From: Tubiluchus corallicola
Taxonomy: Eukaryota; Animalia; Priapulida
NCBI GenBank assembly: GCA_030141605.1
Contig: JAQGDQ010000612.1
Coordinates: 62,001 to 126,000, forward strand
DNA length: 64,000 bases
Reading direction: 5' to 3'
Part shown: piece by piece, positions 28,301-39,966 of the stretch
How positions within the stretch are numbered: position 1 is the stretch's first letter
How the letters are laid out: each line of letters opens with the position of its first letter
Program-made: the position numbers and the translations under genes
Notes under the pieces: generated by a model
What the model was told of the DNA's origin: nothing
The model's input: the letters and a program-made list of their open reading frames with translations, nothing else
Database searches by the model: none

Positions 28301-31300
28301 GCGTAAGTATGAACTTTACGAAAAGACAAAATGTTACGCCAAGCTTTGTTAAGTGGTTTCTTGCTTGGCATTTATATTGATAAGAAAGTAATGATATTCG
28401 AAAAATTTCTCTTTTATGTCTATGTCACAGCATTTTGTTTTAGTAAAAAAACTTGCCTGCCATGCACAGAGCTGCTTTTATAGATCATTTAGGATAAAGA
28501 TACTGTTTATTTGCTTTATTTATTTATTTAATTAGTTAGTTAGTCAGTCAGTCAATTAGTTAATTTGTTTGTCATTGGAATTGAGATGGTTGATAACATA
28601 TGTTTAAGAATTAACCTTTAACATACTAGAGAATGTAAAGTGAATTAGAAGAAGCGAGTGATGATGCTGAGAGCATGGCTTTAAAGTTAAGCATTGCTGG
28701 ATTAGTTAATAAATGGATGGGTAACTGTTGCACAAATCACATCTGTGCCGTTTCATCTATCTTGCTATTCCCGGATGTTTACCTTGTTGAGAGAGTATGT
28801 TATTGCTTACAAACATGCCTGAGGTACTGCTGCTGGTCCAATGACTTATGATTAATAATGAGCTAGGTTCCAGTACATTCACAACCTAGTACATTCATAA
28901 ATAACTACCATCAGCATTAGTAGTTCCTGCATTGGCCATTGCTTACAGTGGGGTGTGTCACTATTAAAAAAGATGTGGTTTTCTATGTCTAAGTAAACAG
29001 GCAAGCTAGTAAACAAGCGTTGTAAACATGTCTGTTTACAGATGTGGAAGTCATTCAGGCCGAAGAAGCTGAAGAAGAAGAAGAAGAAGAAGAGCAGGAG
29101 GAAGAAGACGAGTCGAAAGAAGAAGTGGTTCATGAGGAGGAGGTCCCTGTGGAGGTGAAGGACGTGAGCGAAGGAGAGGCGCGGCTCTCGGAGGAAGAGG
29201 CAGACGAAAGAAGAAAGCGACCAGGCGGCGGCGGAGATGCCCCAACTGCTAAGAGAAGTAGAGTGTAAGTTTGGCTTCATCTGTTGAGTAAAGCTGGCTT
29301 CATCTGTTAAGTAAAGTTGGCTTCATCTGTTAAGTAAAGCTGTTAAGTAAAGCTGGCTTCATCTGTTAAGTAAAGCTGGCTCATCTGTTAAGTAAAGCTG
29401 GCTTCATCTGTTAAGTAAAGTTGGCTTCATCTGTTAAGTAAAGCTGGCTTCATCTGTTAAGTAAAGCTGGGTTCATCTGTTAAGTAAAACTGGCTTCATC
29501 TGTTAAGTAAAGTAACACCTGTGGCAGATTCAAAATTTTTTTCACTACTCCTGTATACACCCATGTTGCAAAATAATGTTGCTAAATAATCTGAACACGA
29601 ATGCCCTGGTTCCAAGCGAATAAACTGAGGGGCTTATTAACCAATAGGCTAACTAGGCTATAGCCTAGGGCGCCAAAGTTTGAGGGCGTCACGTTTTATA
29701 AAAAATTCTTATTCTCCTCGGAAAATGTGCATACTTTCATATTCACGTAAAGGCGCATTCTTTGACACACCACAGGCAGTTACTGAGTGAAACTTCTATA
29801 TAAGTGCCACATAACGAACAGGTGCATGGTATTACACAACAAGCAGTTAGGCAGCCTGCTTGAATATAAGCGGTATACAAATACATATAATTAATAATGA
29901 CAACGTAGAAACCATGTTTACAGTATTTCTAATACACCACAAGTAATTGTTTAACCTGCTCATTAGATAAACGACCATAAATTCACAATACAGATGGGCG
30001 GGACAGAACTATCAGCCTAGAGTGTCGTAAAGTGTTGACACGCCCTTGAATAAACTGCTTTCGTGAAGTTTGTTATTTCTAATTACAACACAATATTAAT
30101 GCTGATTTAAATCATACAGAGCTAATTTGTTTTACAATCAGGAGCTGTCGCCTTCCTTAACGATCCACCAGTATTTTCACCACCTGTGACAGCGTGACAA
30201 TCAAGCTCGCTTGGTGTGGTCACAGTCATGTGATTTCAGCGTGACAATCAAGCTCGCTTGGTGTGGTCACAGTCATGTGATTTCAGTGTGACAATGAAGC
30301 TTGCTTGGTGTGGTCACAGTCATGTGATTTCAGTGTGACACCGTGACAGTCAAGCTCGCTTGGTGTGGTCACAGTCATGTGATTTCAGTGTGACACCGTG
30401 ACAGTCAAGCTCGCTTGGTGTGGTCACAGTCGTGTGATTTCAGTGTGACAGCGTGACAATCAAGCTCGCTTGGTGTGGTCACAGTCATGTGATTTCAGCA
30501 TGTTGCAGGTTAATAGCATTTTTTGCACTATACACTTTCAACGTGCAGACAAAAGTTTGCAACTAAAATACTTTTAAGTTATGTGGCATGTATTAAAGCC
30601 TATGAGTCAAGGGGCTACAGGAGAAATGCCAATACCCTGTATAAATTCAAAAAACCAAAATTCATGTAACTAATTTCTCCGATGATAGGAAGTGTCTGTT
30701 AATGTTTCTTTTTCATTGAGTGACGATGTAGTTATTATGGAAGTAATTTTCTGGTAGAGAATTCCACGGATAAGAAGCCCAAGGAAAAAAGGTGAAAGTA
30801 ACAAAATTTGTTTGCAATTTAAGTAAAGTATCAAATGATTATGATAGGTTTTTTAAATTGAAAGCTAGTATTGAATTTTGCAGTCTACAATTATAAAATG
30901 TTTATTATAATATTGAAGTTGTAAATACCACAAAAAAATTGACCAACAAAAGCAATTATTTTGAGTTCAGCTTGGTCCTTTTCTTTCTTTGTTCTTTTTC
31001 CATTTGCTTCTCTCCTTTTTTCAGCTAAACTTTAGTATAACAGATTGTGATTTTTTTTCTTTTGTCACACTGTTTTAGTGAGGCACAGGAGATCAACGAC
31101 GAAGAGGAATCGGTCGAAGAAGCCGAGTCGGAAGAGGTGCAGCTCACAACATCACCCTCAAAACCCAAGCGGGGACGACCGAGAAAATACCCACTGCCTC
31201 AAGAAATGAAAAAGTATCCCAAAAGAACTACGTAAGTAAAAGATTACGAGTTTTCATAAGTTGTGTGCAAGGAACAAGTTATTACTTCCTGATAATTTGT

Positions 31301-32971
31301 ATTAAAGTGCCAACATTTATGAGTACTTTTGTTAAACTATTTTTTTGATTTTTTTTTGTCTGTTGTATGAAGAATTGTAAATTTTGAACAGACTGAAAGG
31401 AATTAAGTTTTGCGTGCCTAAAATGTTCAAGGTTCTAAAACTTATGTTTCTTCTTCCAAGAAACTTATATACATCGAGCAACCACTCAAGTTTGTGGTGA
31501 CATCTGTGGTTCAAATTTGTAGATAATTTCTAGCCAAGATTCTTTGACCGTCTTCTTTTAAGGAAGTGAACAGTAAATTGTTAAACTGTTTAGTTTGGAA
31601 GAACTATGGTATATTTTTGTGATGTTTTGGTTTTTAGCTAGGTGGTCTTTTGCGTACATTTTGTTACACGGTGTTGCTAAGTTTGTTGTTGCTTATTTTA
31701 GTCGTGTGACGGCAGCACGAAATGGTGAAACCAGCGACGGAGAAGAAACGCCAGAAAGCGCCGATTCCGCCTCTTACCCTTCTGGTGAAACCATAGCAGA
31801 TGATGATGTTCAGGTATTTAATTTCGGGAAATTAAAGTCCTTTGTCGTAATTCCCACCCATACGAAATCCAGCTGTTAAACTTTGAAGGCGAGAAGGTGT
31901 ATGCCTGTATTTATTTTGATGACATTTTAATGTTACTAATAATACAGTTAAAAGAAAACACAATCTTTGCCATTCGAGTCCTGTTAAACGCAAGAAAAAA
32001 GTTCCGAAGTAGGTTTCACAAAAATCTCCTTAAAAATTGTTGGTTTATAGCAATTTTAAGCATATATCACACTCTTGTCAAAAGTAATCGTTTGTTTTGT
32101 TAGTTTTCATTTTAAATCTCCCACGATACTTTTCCGACCACTACGCACAACGTAAATCAGTGGAAGAAAAGGCAGTATCAAACTATGTCCCAAAAACATT
32201 CCATGCAAAGTTATATTACTTAATATTTTGCTTACCTGCTTGAAAGACTTGTGTAACTAGAAAAGAAAATTCTTAGTAATTTAAAATGTTTTCACCGATT
32301 GGTAAAATGTTGTTGACTCACCCTCCAGGGTGTACCACTCACTAACCAGAAAACCTATTTTTCATTTTATTGACAATATGCAGTAATATAAAATTTTGCT
32401 TAGTTAGTGAAGAATGCGCTACGAATACTCCAATTATGTTTTCAAACTTTGCGCAGTGTTATGTAAAATTGTTTCAAATCACTTATCGTCAAAATGGCTG
32501 CCCCTAACAGTCATCACAAAAATTTAAATTATACAGTGTTACTGCTATTACAAGCCCTGTATGCAGTATGACACAGCATGTGAGTTGTACAAAATTTCAA
32601 GATGAATTTTTTAAGCTTCATGTAAATGAAGAGTTTTCTTGTGCTTTAAAATAGCTATCGTGCTTTTGTGCTCATATAGTGCAGGTTATGTAATCAAATT
32701 ACAATGACTGGTTATTTTTCACATTTAATAATAGAAAAGCATAAAGAATGTAAGCAACAAAGCTCTTAAAATGTTTGTTTTGCATGGATTAGGCATAGTT
32801 GATTTGAAACACAGTTTCCTGCATTACACATTATTATTTTCATAAGATTCATTTAAACACGTTTCATTTGCTGGATCACGTTAATGATATAAAGTGAAGA
32901 CGTACCGTGTTTTTGACTTTGTTTTTATTTTTCTTTAGGAGAAACGAAGAACACGTGCGAGTCGTCGATGA
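1069..32971 (+). CDS. PDS5: Sister chromatid cohesion protein PDS5 (PDS5A/B-like HEAT-repeat protein), 31 coding exons
   Basis: Exons (GT-AG): 1069-1176, 1733-1927, 2034-2218, 2466-2592, 2882-2962, 3503-3643, 4227-4342, 5060-5154, 5564-5715, 6023-6174, 7050-7196, 8252-8349, 10088-10227, 11175-11387, 13730-13890, 15293-15416, 16176-16331, 17340-17408, 17864-18000, 18566-18689, 21337-21541, 22159-22273, 23254-23386, 24558-24680, 27216-27275, 27539-27642, 28253-28302, 29042-29264, 31079-31231, 31702-31813, 32939-32971. Diagnostic peptides: [97 protein letters not shown]. The low-complexity C-terminal exons are less certain. Confidence 0.96.
5245..5534. repeat. Tandem repeat, about 63-64-bp unit x4.5, PDS5 intron 8
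   Basis: Unit agtctactgtac(c/t)caagtgacggtt(t)acggactgtacgatttgttgagagtg(g/t)tttcttcgcaa recurs. Confidence 0.9.
9820..10005. repeat. Tandem repeat, 60-bp unit x3
   Basis: agctagctgatttactgtgtgagtcagctgatgtagtagcaactgactcagcttcagccg recurs at 60-bp spacing. Confidence 0.85.
10303..10373. repeat. (TTA)n microsatellite
   Basis: Directly visible; it explains the poly-L and poly-N ORFs in the track. Confidence 0.95.
11474..11976 (+). mobile_element. Internally deleted (bipartite) non-autonomous RTE-clade non-LTR retrotransposon
   Basis: 16-bp TSD attattagaagaagtg at 11458-11473 and 11977-11992; (GAA)n tail; RTE-type 5' UTR motif gggtcaggaagggcatcc; ORF remnant from 11601 [44 protein letters not shown], then frameshifted [12 protein letters not shown] / IRGTVKV and [15 protein letters not shown], typical of the RTE region C-terminal to the RT domain. 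Confidence 0.9.
11475..11557 (+). ncRNA. Twister ribozyme-like core at the 5' end of the RTE element (probably inactive in this copy)
   Basis: AA-CCTA-GCC...GCCGGTCCCAAGCCCTGATAAA-TAGG-GAGGG matches the type-P1 twister pattern as I recall it from O. sativa Osa-1-4 (AA-CACU-GCC..GCCGGUCCCAAGCCCGGAUAAA-AGUG-GAGGG). The P2 helix shows compensatory changes (CCTA/TAGG). Confidence 0.8.
12670..12709 (-). ncRNA. Decayed minimal hammerhead (Penelope-like relic)
   Basis: The minus strand reads cac-CTGAAGA-cacttcacagtgatggcgt-GAA-ACAT-T-gtg. Stem I is cac/gtg; stem III ACAT is probably a decayed ACGT palindrome; stem II is imperfect. Confidence 0.4.
12787..12917. repeat. Tandem repeat, 44-bp unit x3
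   Basis: ctctgctcacctgaacactgtgggaaccacgataaccgcggtta is repeated. Confidence 0.85.
14112..14795 (+). mobile_element. Dispersed MITE family copy A (TTAA-bounded, possibly Kolobok-type)
   Basis: Termini ttaaaggacaagaaaa...ttttctggttctttga. Internal segments such as gactcacccttcagggtgcgccactcactagc are shared with copies at 16425-16962 (-), 26630-26864 (-), 32100-32648 (+) and a fragment near 48885-48990. The superfamily is an inference. Confidence 0.75.
16425..16962 (-). mobile_element. Same MITE family, copy B (inverted relative to A)
   Basis: Its reverse complement aligns with about 14155-14795, e.g. gctagtgagtggcgcaccctggaggatgagtca. Confidence 0.8.
19089..19693 (-). mobile_element. Non-autonomous hAT deletion derivative retaining the transposase N-terminus
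   Basis: TIRs tagggttaccata / tatggtgacccta; perfect 8-bp TSD acctaaca (19081-19088, 19694-19701). From 19248 the minus strand encodes [33 protein letters not shown], resembling the start of a BED-type zinc finger of hAT transposases. Confidence 0.85.
20689..21168. mobile_element. hAT-type MITE
   Basis: Imperfect TIRs cagtcgcggttc / gagccgtcactg; 8-bp flanks ggtatttt and gatatttt (7/8 match). Confidence 0.65.
21564..21731. repeat. Direct duplication (about 86 bp x2) just after the PDS5 exon 21 donor
   Basis: tattagac.tgtacc..acagtctgattacatcatttgtaaacct.gtttaatgtttgctacagtacagaatgactgatgtc occurs twice. Confidence 0.85.
22167..22751 (+). repeat. Four tandem 147-bp copies of PDS5 exon 22 (minus first 8 nt) + donor + 40 nt intron
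   Basis: Units start at 22167, 22314, 22461 and 22606; each contains ttttccattctacccgactac...gcaactgcaagagtaagtcgctctaatta. Confidence 0.95.
23650..24120. repeat. AAGTAC-rich imperfect tandem array
   Basis: Recurring caagtactgaatacaagtaatttttgtcaagtacaagta...tacttaaaaag units. Confidence 0.8.
24840..26628. repeat. Minisatellite, about 59-bp unit x about 30, PDS5 intron 24
   Basis: Unit tgagttctgacttccccgtgttgcctgcacacccccacaactcttcatgctgagccact; it explains the many overlapping minus-strand ORFs. Confidence 0.97.
26630..26864 (-). mobile_element. Fragment of the 14112 MITE family
   Basis: Reverse-complement similarity to about 14112-14370; ends in ttttcttgtcttttaa. Confidence 0.65.
27924..28020. 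repeat. Dispersed repeat shared with about 63324-63420
   Basis: aaaacacagaagcacagca..taaaaacacaagg.agaaacac...tataaaatccctgtc...acagagtggg.cacaaca is present at both loci. Confidence 0.7.
29271..29512. repeat. Tandem repeat, 23-bp unit x about 10, immediately after the exon 28 donor
   Basis: (c/t)tggcttcatctgttaagtaaag is repeated. Confidence 0.9.
29627..30048 (+). mobile_element. hAT-type MITE (second copy at 62896-63304, inverted)
   Basis: 8-bp TSD aataaact on both sides; termini gaggggcttattaa / ttgacacgcccttg; homologous to the reverse complement of 62896-63304. Confidence 0.75.
30186..30499. repeat. Tandem repeat, 47-55-bp unit x6
   Basis: gtgacaatcaagctcgcttggtgtggtcacagtcatgtgatttcag is repeated. 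Confidence 0.9.
32100..32648 (+). mobile_element. 14112 MITE family copy C (last PDS5 intron)
   Basis: Shares gactcaccctccagggtgtaccactcacta and the end ttttcttgtgctttaa with copy A. Confidence 0.7.
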
Positions 32972-34795
32972 AACGTCGAACTGTTTAACGGATGTACATT
33001 TTGATACGGCCTCTTGTTCATTGATGCTTGTATTAATGCACCTGACTTGTACTTCTTAAACTTGTTTATTCCTTTGTATAAATTTGATTTAGATCTCGTT
33101 GTCTCTCGGTACAATGGCAGTGTTATTGTTTATGTAGTTTGTCATTTTCAGTTCAAGTCGTTTTTTGAAAAGATTTCCACTCTTGGAATGTGCTGTGAGG
33201 TTCCGGGAGATAGTCCACTTATTAAACCTTTTCATGAATCAGTTAAGTCATCGAAAAAATCAGTGATAGATCGATTTTACTTTCATGGGTGCATTTTTCA
33301 CTAAAAAGATCTTGACGTAACATCTTTAACTCTAAAAGAGACTTCGATCTTGGAAAGTTGCCTAAAGATCAGATTATGCAGTGGCGAAAGAGGGACAGTG
33401 CGATGCCCTGATGGCGGTTAAACACAACATACGACCATAATAACAGCTTACAAACATCCGTTGGATGTTTCATTTTTTTCACTGTTACACGTTCCCGTGT
33501 TAAACTACGAATTCGTTTTACGGATTAGAACTTTTGATTGATAAGAAATTCGAAATGAGCGCGCGATTGTCATTGTTGTTGCGCCTTGGCATGAAGTCTT
33601 TAATAAAGAAGGTATAAACTAACAGACAATGGTAAGATGTCATCATTCCGGTTGCCAACCATACTTACAGTACTGGTAGATCGATTGCAACCTTGTGACT
33701 GTAATTGTTCTTTATCTAGTTCAAAATTCATGTTTCATAATGAAATTAAATTTTATTGACATGCATAGTAACTTAACTTGTTTTTTTTTTCTTTAATGAA
33801 GCATCCTTGAATAAGACCAGATTTTAAGATTATAAGTTTCCAATCATATGTTGGGTAGAATATTTCATTCATGCTCGTGTCATATGTTGAACAAATACAT
33901 TCTCTGCTTAAATAGTTTCTGTTCTGTTCGCTTCGTTCTTTATATAAGTTATGAGTGTTTGTAATGCGGCAGCATTTAACTTAACGAGTCTTGAAATTAC
34001 TTGTAGTGTGTTACACTAGTATAGTGTCTTTTGTAAAAAAATATAAATCCATTTGTATATTTAATTTATTGTAAGTCATTTGGATTTTTGTTTGGTAGTT
34101 TTCATTTTCGTAACTTTGGTTTATGTAAATCGATAATAACACTGGTAAATTACCTGCAGTTTTGCACTCCCATTTTCACACATAATAATCATGAGAACAC
34201 ATTTAATAATATTTGTAATCAAAATTTTCTGATGGCATTCTGTTTTATTTTTAACTGCTGTTAGCCAAACCGGACAGAGTTAACCAGTGAAGGTATTGAC
34301 CGATTAGTCTTGGCTATAATGATGATGGTGATGATGATGATGATGATTTTCATCATGTACTTTGAGTTGAACAATTAATATGAGCTCAAGCACTTTCGTA
34401 ACAACTGAGCATATATGTAATAAACTAAGCATAAGCCTATGTAACAATGAGTACTGCTAGTACCTTGATGAATCCATGTTGTTGGTCAAACAGTACCCCT
34501 TTTTCATATCATATATAATTTAGCTGTGGAATTGAACTCACGACCCTCAGAATAAAAAGCGAGCAAATTCCTGTTCCAAAAAAGTGCTACTAAGCACACT
34601 AATTCTGCATTTATACATATGTATTGGCATAGGCGTACTCCACCCCATGATTAAAAAATGCCCGGATGTCGGGGTTTTTATTTGGCGGCATGTAGAAATT
34701 TCTAGATTTCCTTTTATGAAAAATATTATTTTATTTTTTCATTCATTTGGCCTGTTCCCGAAAAATATGGTGAGTGTCTGAAAAAAATGTGTGTG

Positions 34796-34962
34796 CCCGA
34801 ATCCGTACAGTCCCACCAGCTCCCGAATCCGTACAGCCCCACCAGCTCCCCTGGCTCCCGAATCCGTACAGCCCCACCAGCTCCCCTGGCTCCCGAATCC
34901 GTACAGCCCCACCAGCTCCCCTGGCTCCCGAATCCGTACAGCCCCACCAGCTCCCCTGGCTC
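34796..34962. repeat. GC-rich tandem repeat, 36-bp unit x about 4.5
   Basis: cccgaatccgtacagcccccaccagctcccctggct is repeated, probably inside a MITE. Confidence 0.9.
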
Positions 34963-36732
34963 ATACATCTGTTACAGAAGTGGAAAATTTCCAATTGTAG
35001 TGTTCTCCATAATTAATAGCAGTATTTACAAAAGATATTCACAATATCTGGTAACTTGCACTTGCAACGATGTTTGCAAGGACAAATAACGAATAAAGTG
35101 TATTGTATATATACTCTGGCGTTGGCAACTAGTCACCGTTATAGTCTCGAACCCAAGGCCAAGACTATGATCACTAAGGGCGTTTGCAATCTGTGCTCTC
35201 CGTTACTGAACCCAGAATTAACGGAAACTCTTCTTCTTAGACGGTTTTAGACCAACTTCTCATATTCATTCAGCGGAGGAGTTCCGTGGTCTGCTGTATA
35301 TTTTATGAAATGAAACGTACAGTATTTTGAGGGAAGTACTCTGGAAATGAAGTAAAACGTTATTAAGTAAATTAGTTTTCTCTCTATGAGGTGCATTTTA
35401 ATGTAGTTTTTACGAATTAACATGTAAACTGTTCATGTATAGAAGCTAATGCTTTATCTCCTAATTCATTTACTTTCTAATGCAATAATTTAAATTTATT
35501 CTATTGCCTGACGATGACAGTGAAAAGCTATCGAATATTTTAGTAGCATATCTAATGTGATGATTTCACCATTGGGAGTCTTTCATCTTGCTATATATAA
35601 TATTATTTGAGCGTTTGATGTTCATCAACTAGTATAAATATTTTCGGGTTGTGCGCTTCCGGCAGTTCGTTTAAGTTGCGTTTCTAGAAAACTCGTCGCT
35701 GTGGAGACTCGACTAAAAAGAACCGACGGTAAGGCACAACCATACATAATAAGAATATAATTATCTATGGGCACAACTCGAGATATTGTAACTTCTAGAA
35801 CAAACCGTTACATGCAGAAAAATGTTTGAAATTCCTTCTAAAATGCCCTAACAAAATTTGTTTGAAAGTTTTGTGAACGTTTTACTAACATTAGTCGGCG
35901 GCAAAAGGTGAAATTTGATACTTTTTTAAATTTTAGCCTGCAATAAGTAACTGGTTTCTCTTGTTCTAAATTTCTGAAGCCGGGTTCCGATGGTGAAAAC
36001 AATGTAATATATTCAATAGGAGACTTAACATAGTGCTATACATTGATCTGTTTTACTTATTATGATGCATTGAATGTTGTAACAACGATAACAAACAGAA
36101 CATGAATGAATGAAAATAAGGAAAAAGAACAAACACGTCTGGCAGTTAGCCAAAATTAAATTAAGCACTTGTTTGGGCTAGTAATTAAGACAAATTATAA
36201 ACTTCAATAAAGTTACAGAAAGGTCAGCACAAAGTTGCTATAAATTAACTAGTTGAATTAGCTGCAAACGGGCTTTTAGTTACCAAGGAATGTTTTGACA
36301 AAAACACATACACTATTCGGAAAATTTTAAATCGTTAATTTTTTAATTTTTAAATCTGCACAGTGATTTAACGAGAAATATTATTATTCAATTCCATAAA
36401 CTGCTTGTACGCATTTGAGTGAACTAACTTGGTACCCTTTGATAATAGACATAGGCCTACAACACTTTCGGTCCTGGCCACCTAACCACATTCTGACAAA
36501 CAAGCCTACACCAATATTTATGAAATATCCTAGGATTTTTTATCTACTGAATCATAATAACTATTTAACTATCATAATAATTTTGGGCACTATGCTGTGC
36601 TGTTTGTCTACAGAATTGAGAACCACTGATATTATTTATTAAAAATTAAGTTAGCATATTATAAACCTGATTATATAGACTAGACCTACCGTAATAACAA
36701 GAAAAAATCATGAAGGCGTTACAACTTAGGCC

Positions 36733-37107
36733 CAGGGACCGATTATTCTGTAGGATAGTATAGGCTGCAGCATAAGGCCCCTGAAGTTTTGGCACCAATA
36801 AGTAAAACATCTATTTCTCACTGCGGTTGTTTCGAAATATATATATATATATATATATATACATGTGCTAACTTGGCTTGTAATAAATAAAAAAAATTGT
36901 ATTCCTTAAAGACTACTTTTGTTGACATATTTTAGTTTATTTAAAGGAAATTGCAGCATGTTTATTTCAAACTATGTAAATATCGCTAAAACATATAACG
37001 AGTAAAAATATTCAAGGCGGGCGTGGGGGAGTTAGAGGATGGCTTCGCCAGAGGGGTCTCATAATTTCATTAGCCTAGTGGTCCCAAAAACTCATAATCC
37101 GACCCTG
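36733..37107. mobile_element. Degenerate hAT-type MITE
   Basis: Termini cagggaccgatta / taatccgaccctg; flanks cttaggcc and cgtatgcc (6/8 match). Confidence 0.5.
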
Positions 37108-39174
37108 CGTATGCCCTAAACATGTATTCACCAAAACGCCTACGTGCACCGGTGCTATGTAACGAAGCTACGTACTACGGAGGCGTTTTACCTTGTAGGT
37201 ACAGTACTAGTTAACTACCAACTGCTAACCAAGTAAACATACCCATGAAAAGCTTAAGGCTACAACCCTCTATGTGGTTACGCCTGCATGGAAATCGAAG
37301 AACTCAGTCATTGCAAGTATTGAGAGTTTGGCGGTAAATGAACTACTGAACTAATTTTCAACTAGACCTGTACGGCTGATCATTTATTGTTAATTCATCA
37401 ATATAAAACAAAAGCGGATTTTGAACTTAAAATGCTTTTAGGAAACATGGTTGGTTCTTTGGCAAGTACCCAATCACTGTTTTTTTCATTACCCTAGTTG
37501 TCTGTATGTAAGTAAAAACAATACAGGTAAAAATGGCACAGGAAAAAGAGCACAAATGTAAAACTAAAATGCACTCAGTAGGAAGCAGTCCTCCCACAAG
37601 GTCAAACAATCCCAGACAGTCTGACTTTTTTTGACACGAAAAAACATAAAACAAAGGTGAACACATAAGCGTACAAAAATATTAGGCCTACTACATAAAT
37701 ATTTAATTATTGTATTGAGTAGCGAAATATCCCAAAAATATTTTGTTTATAAAATGAAATTATAATCAACAGTGCACGAACAGCCTGCTTAGTGTTTGTC
37801 TGCAATTCTTTCACTATATTTACATTGACAATATAGACTGACAGCTATACCGTGTTTACATACTGAAGTTAACATAAGTTTCCCTCAGCACCATGGAAAT
37901 CTGTTAAATAGTTTTTGCGAATCGGGTTAGCAGATAAACTAACAAATAAATGACGATGAAACAAAAACTACTTGCCTTTGATAGTCATAATTTAAATCGT
38001 AACCGCAGTTTTTATGTAATACTGATAACTAACAAGCGAACAAATAGCGTGAAAAATATAACCTCCATGAGAGTGGCAAAAATAGTTAAAATAATTATTA
38101 CAGTAAACCTAACCCTAACTCATATTTATTAAGTATCAATTTAGCATTCCATATATGCCCTTTTTCTATTACCATTTATTTACTTCCATTTTACTTGTGC
38201 CGTTTTTACCGTGCACCGGTTAGTCTACATGCTAATCATTAGGCTGTTTCACTGCAGACTCGTTATTTTGTGACAACACATTCATATTTTTACATCTGTG
38301 TTAATTTTATAGATGAAAGATGAATTTAATCGAAGTATTCCAATTTTTCTTTAAATTTATAGACCTTAACATAGTTTTCATGAATTCCACTTTATCAGCA
38401 AATCTTCATTATTACGATTTACGATCAGAAAAAATTAACCTAGAAAAGGACAAGTCAATTCAGCTATAATCTGCCATCACATCAAAAATTACCAAATAGT
38501 AAAGCACCAAGAAACACCATTTTGTATTCAAAAGTAATAAAACCTGTTTAATATATGATCTAGTGCTTAATATATAGCCGAATTTATTTCGAAAAATATC
38601 GCCACTGCAATGTAACTATTTTCAAAATGGCTGACTGGCTTTACTCCACCATCCATTGAAAGTAAAAATGCAAATTATGAGCAAATTAAACTAAGTACAA
38701 AATTCAAACTTCACACAATGCTGAACAAATATGCATTTGTTCGATAGGTTTAATTTGTAGTTTTAGTTTGACCGATTTCATTGAAAATTAGCAGTTAAAA
38801 ATCTAAGTATTGGTTCCAATGAAGGCCACCGACTGTGCTTGATGATTTTAGAAAAACGCTAAAATGTCAAATTTAAAAGAAACTCACGAATTTTCTTTTT
38901 TGCACTTTTGTAGCTGAATATATTGGCAACACGCAGGCGCTACTTAAAAATTTCAAACTCACCAGGCTTTTATAAAAACTTAATTAAAACATGAACTTTT
39001 AAAAAATTTTCAGGACAATCTCGAGTATTTTGCTCTGCAGGAAAAATACTAAGCGGGTATAGGCATGGAGTTTGATATCACCTTAAAGCCTGTATATTTG
39101 GCTACACATTGGTGCGATTTGCTTGGTAATACATTCTACCCAAAAGAGATATTAGAAGCTTAAAAGAAATATAG

Positions 39175-39268
39175 AAACACAAAATTAGTCGCGAGTCGTC
39201 AGTATTCGCTTCAGCTGTAAGTTGACTGCTTGTCGTGTACGTTCGCGCTCGCGCGTTGGGTATATAAG
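39175..39268 (+). promoter_or_regulatory. Histone H1 promoter: H1-box (AAACACA) and TATA box
   Basis: AAACACA at 39175-39181 and TATATAAG at 39261-39268, upstream of the H1 ATG in the canonical order. Confidence 0.7.
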
Positions 39269-39364
39269 CAGCCGCCAACCGAGCAGAGAAAACATTCACA
39301 GAGTGAGATCTATACGAAAGTTATTACAGTTGTATCTTTAATTCGTTGTGAAAAGAAGAGAATC

Positions 39365-39931
39365 ATGTCTGACGTTGAGAACGCTGCTCCAGCCGCTCCA
39401 GTAAAGAGCCCTAAGAAGACGAAAGCTGTCAAGGCGAAAAAGGCAAAGACTGCATCGACTCATCCACCAGTTTCTGAGATGGTAAATGCCGCCATCGGAG
39501 GTTTGAAGGAAAGAGGTGGTTCGTCTCTGATTGCCATCAAGAAATACATCGCCGCCAACTATCCCAAGTGCGACGTGGAGAAGTTAGCTCCTTTCATCCG
39601 CCGTTACTTGAGGACCGGAGTCGCCGCCGGAAAACTGATCCAGGTCAAAGGTAAGGGTGCTTCCGGTTCTTTCAAACTTAGTGCATCGGAGAAGAAAGAA
39701 AAACCAAAGGCAGCTGCTAAGAAAGAGAAGGTCGCCAAGCCTAAAGCTGTGAAGAAACCAGCTGCAAAGAAGAGTCCGAAGAAGGCAAAGAAACCAGCCG
39801 CCAAAAAAGCAACCAAACCGAAGGCAGCCAAACCCAAAAAGGCCAAGACACCGAAGAAGGCTGCTGCAAAGAAACCAAAAGCAGCAAAACCCAAAGCGAA
39901 GAAGCCAGCAGCAAAGAAAGCCAAGAAGTAA
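39365..39931 (+). CDS. H1: Histone H1, intronless, 188 aa
   Basis: [18 protein letters not shown]...[34 protein letters not shown]...[10 protein letters not shown] globular domain plus a K/A/P-rich tail. The real start is the ATG at 39365, downstream of the TATA box, not 39230. Confidence 0.97.
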   Translation: MSDVENAAPAAPVKSPKKTKAVKAKKAKTASTHPPVSEMVNAAIGGLKERGGSSLIAIKKYIAANYPKCDVEKLAPFIRRYLRTGVAAGKLIQVKGKGASGSFKLSASEKKEKPKAAAKKEKVAKPKAVKKPAAKKSPKKAKKPAAKKATKPKAAKPKKAKTPKKAAAKKPKAAKPKAKKPAAKKAKK

Positions 39932-39966
39932 ACGATGCGTCGTTTTCTGCGTTTAAATAACCAACC

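Noticed and set aside
30758-30791. Possible extra PDS5 exon (agaattccacggataagaagcccaagg...)
   Set aside because: It is 34 nt long and hits a stop in the required phase; exons 28 and 29 join in frame without it.
34451-34497. Very degenerate hammerhead-like string (ttgatga...caaacagtac)
   Set aside because: Several core nucleotides are wrong, so it cannot be distinguished from chance by eye.
34726-35089. Pro-rich and Gly-rich ORFs on both strands
   Set aside because: They are products of the 36-bp tandem repeat.
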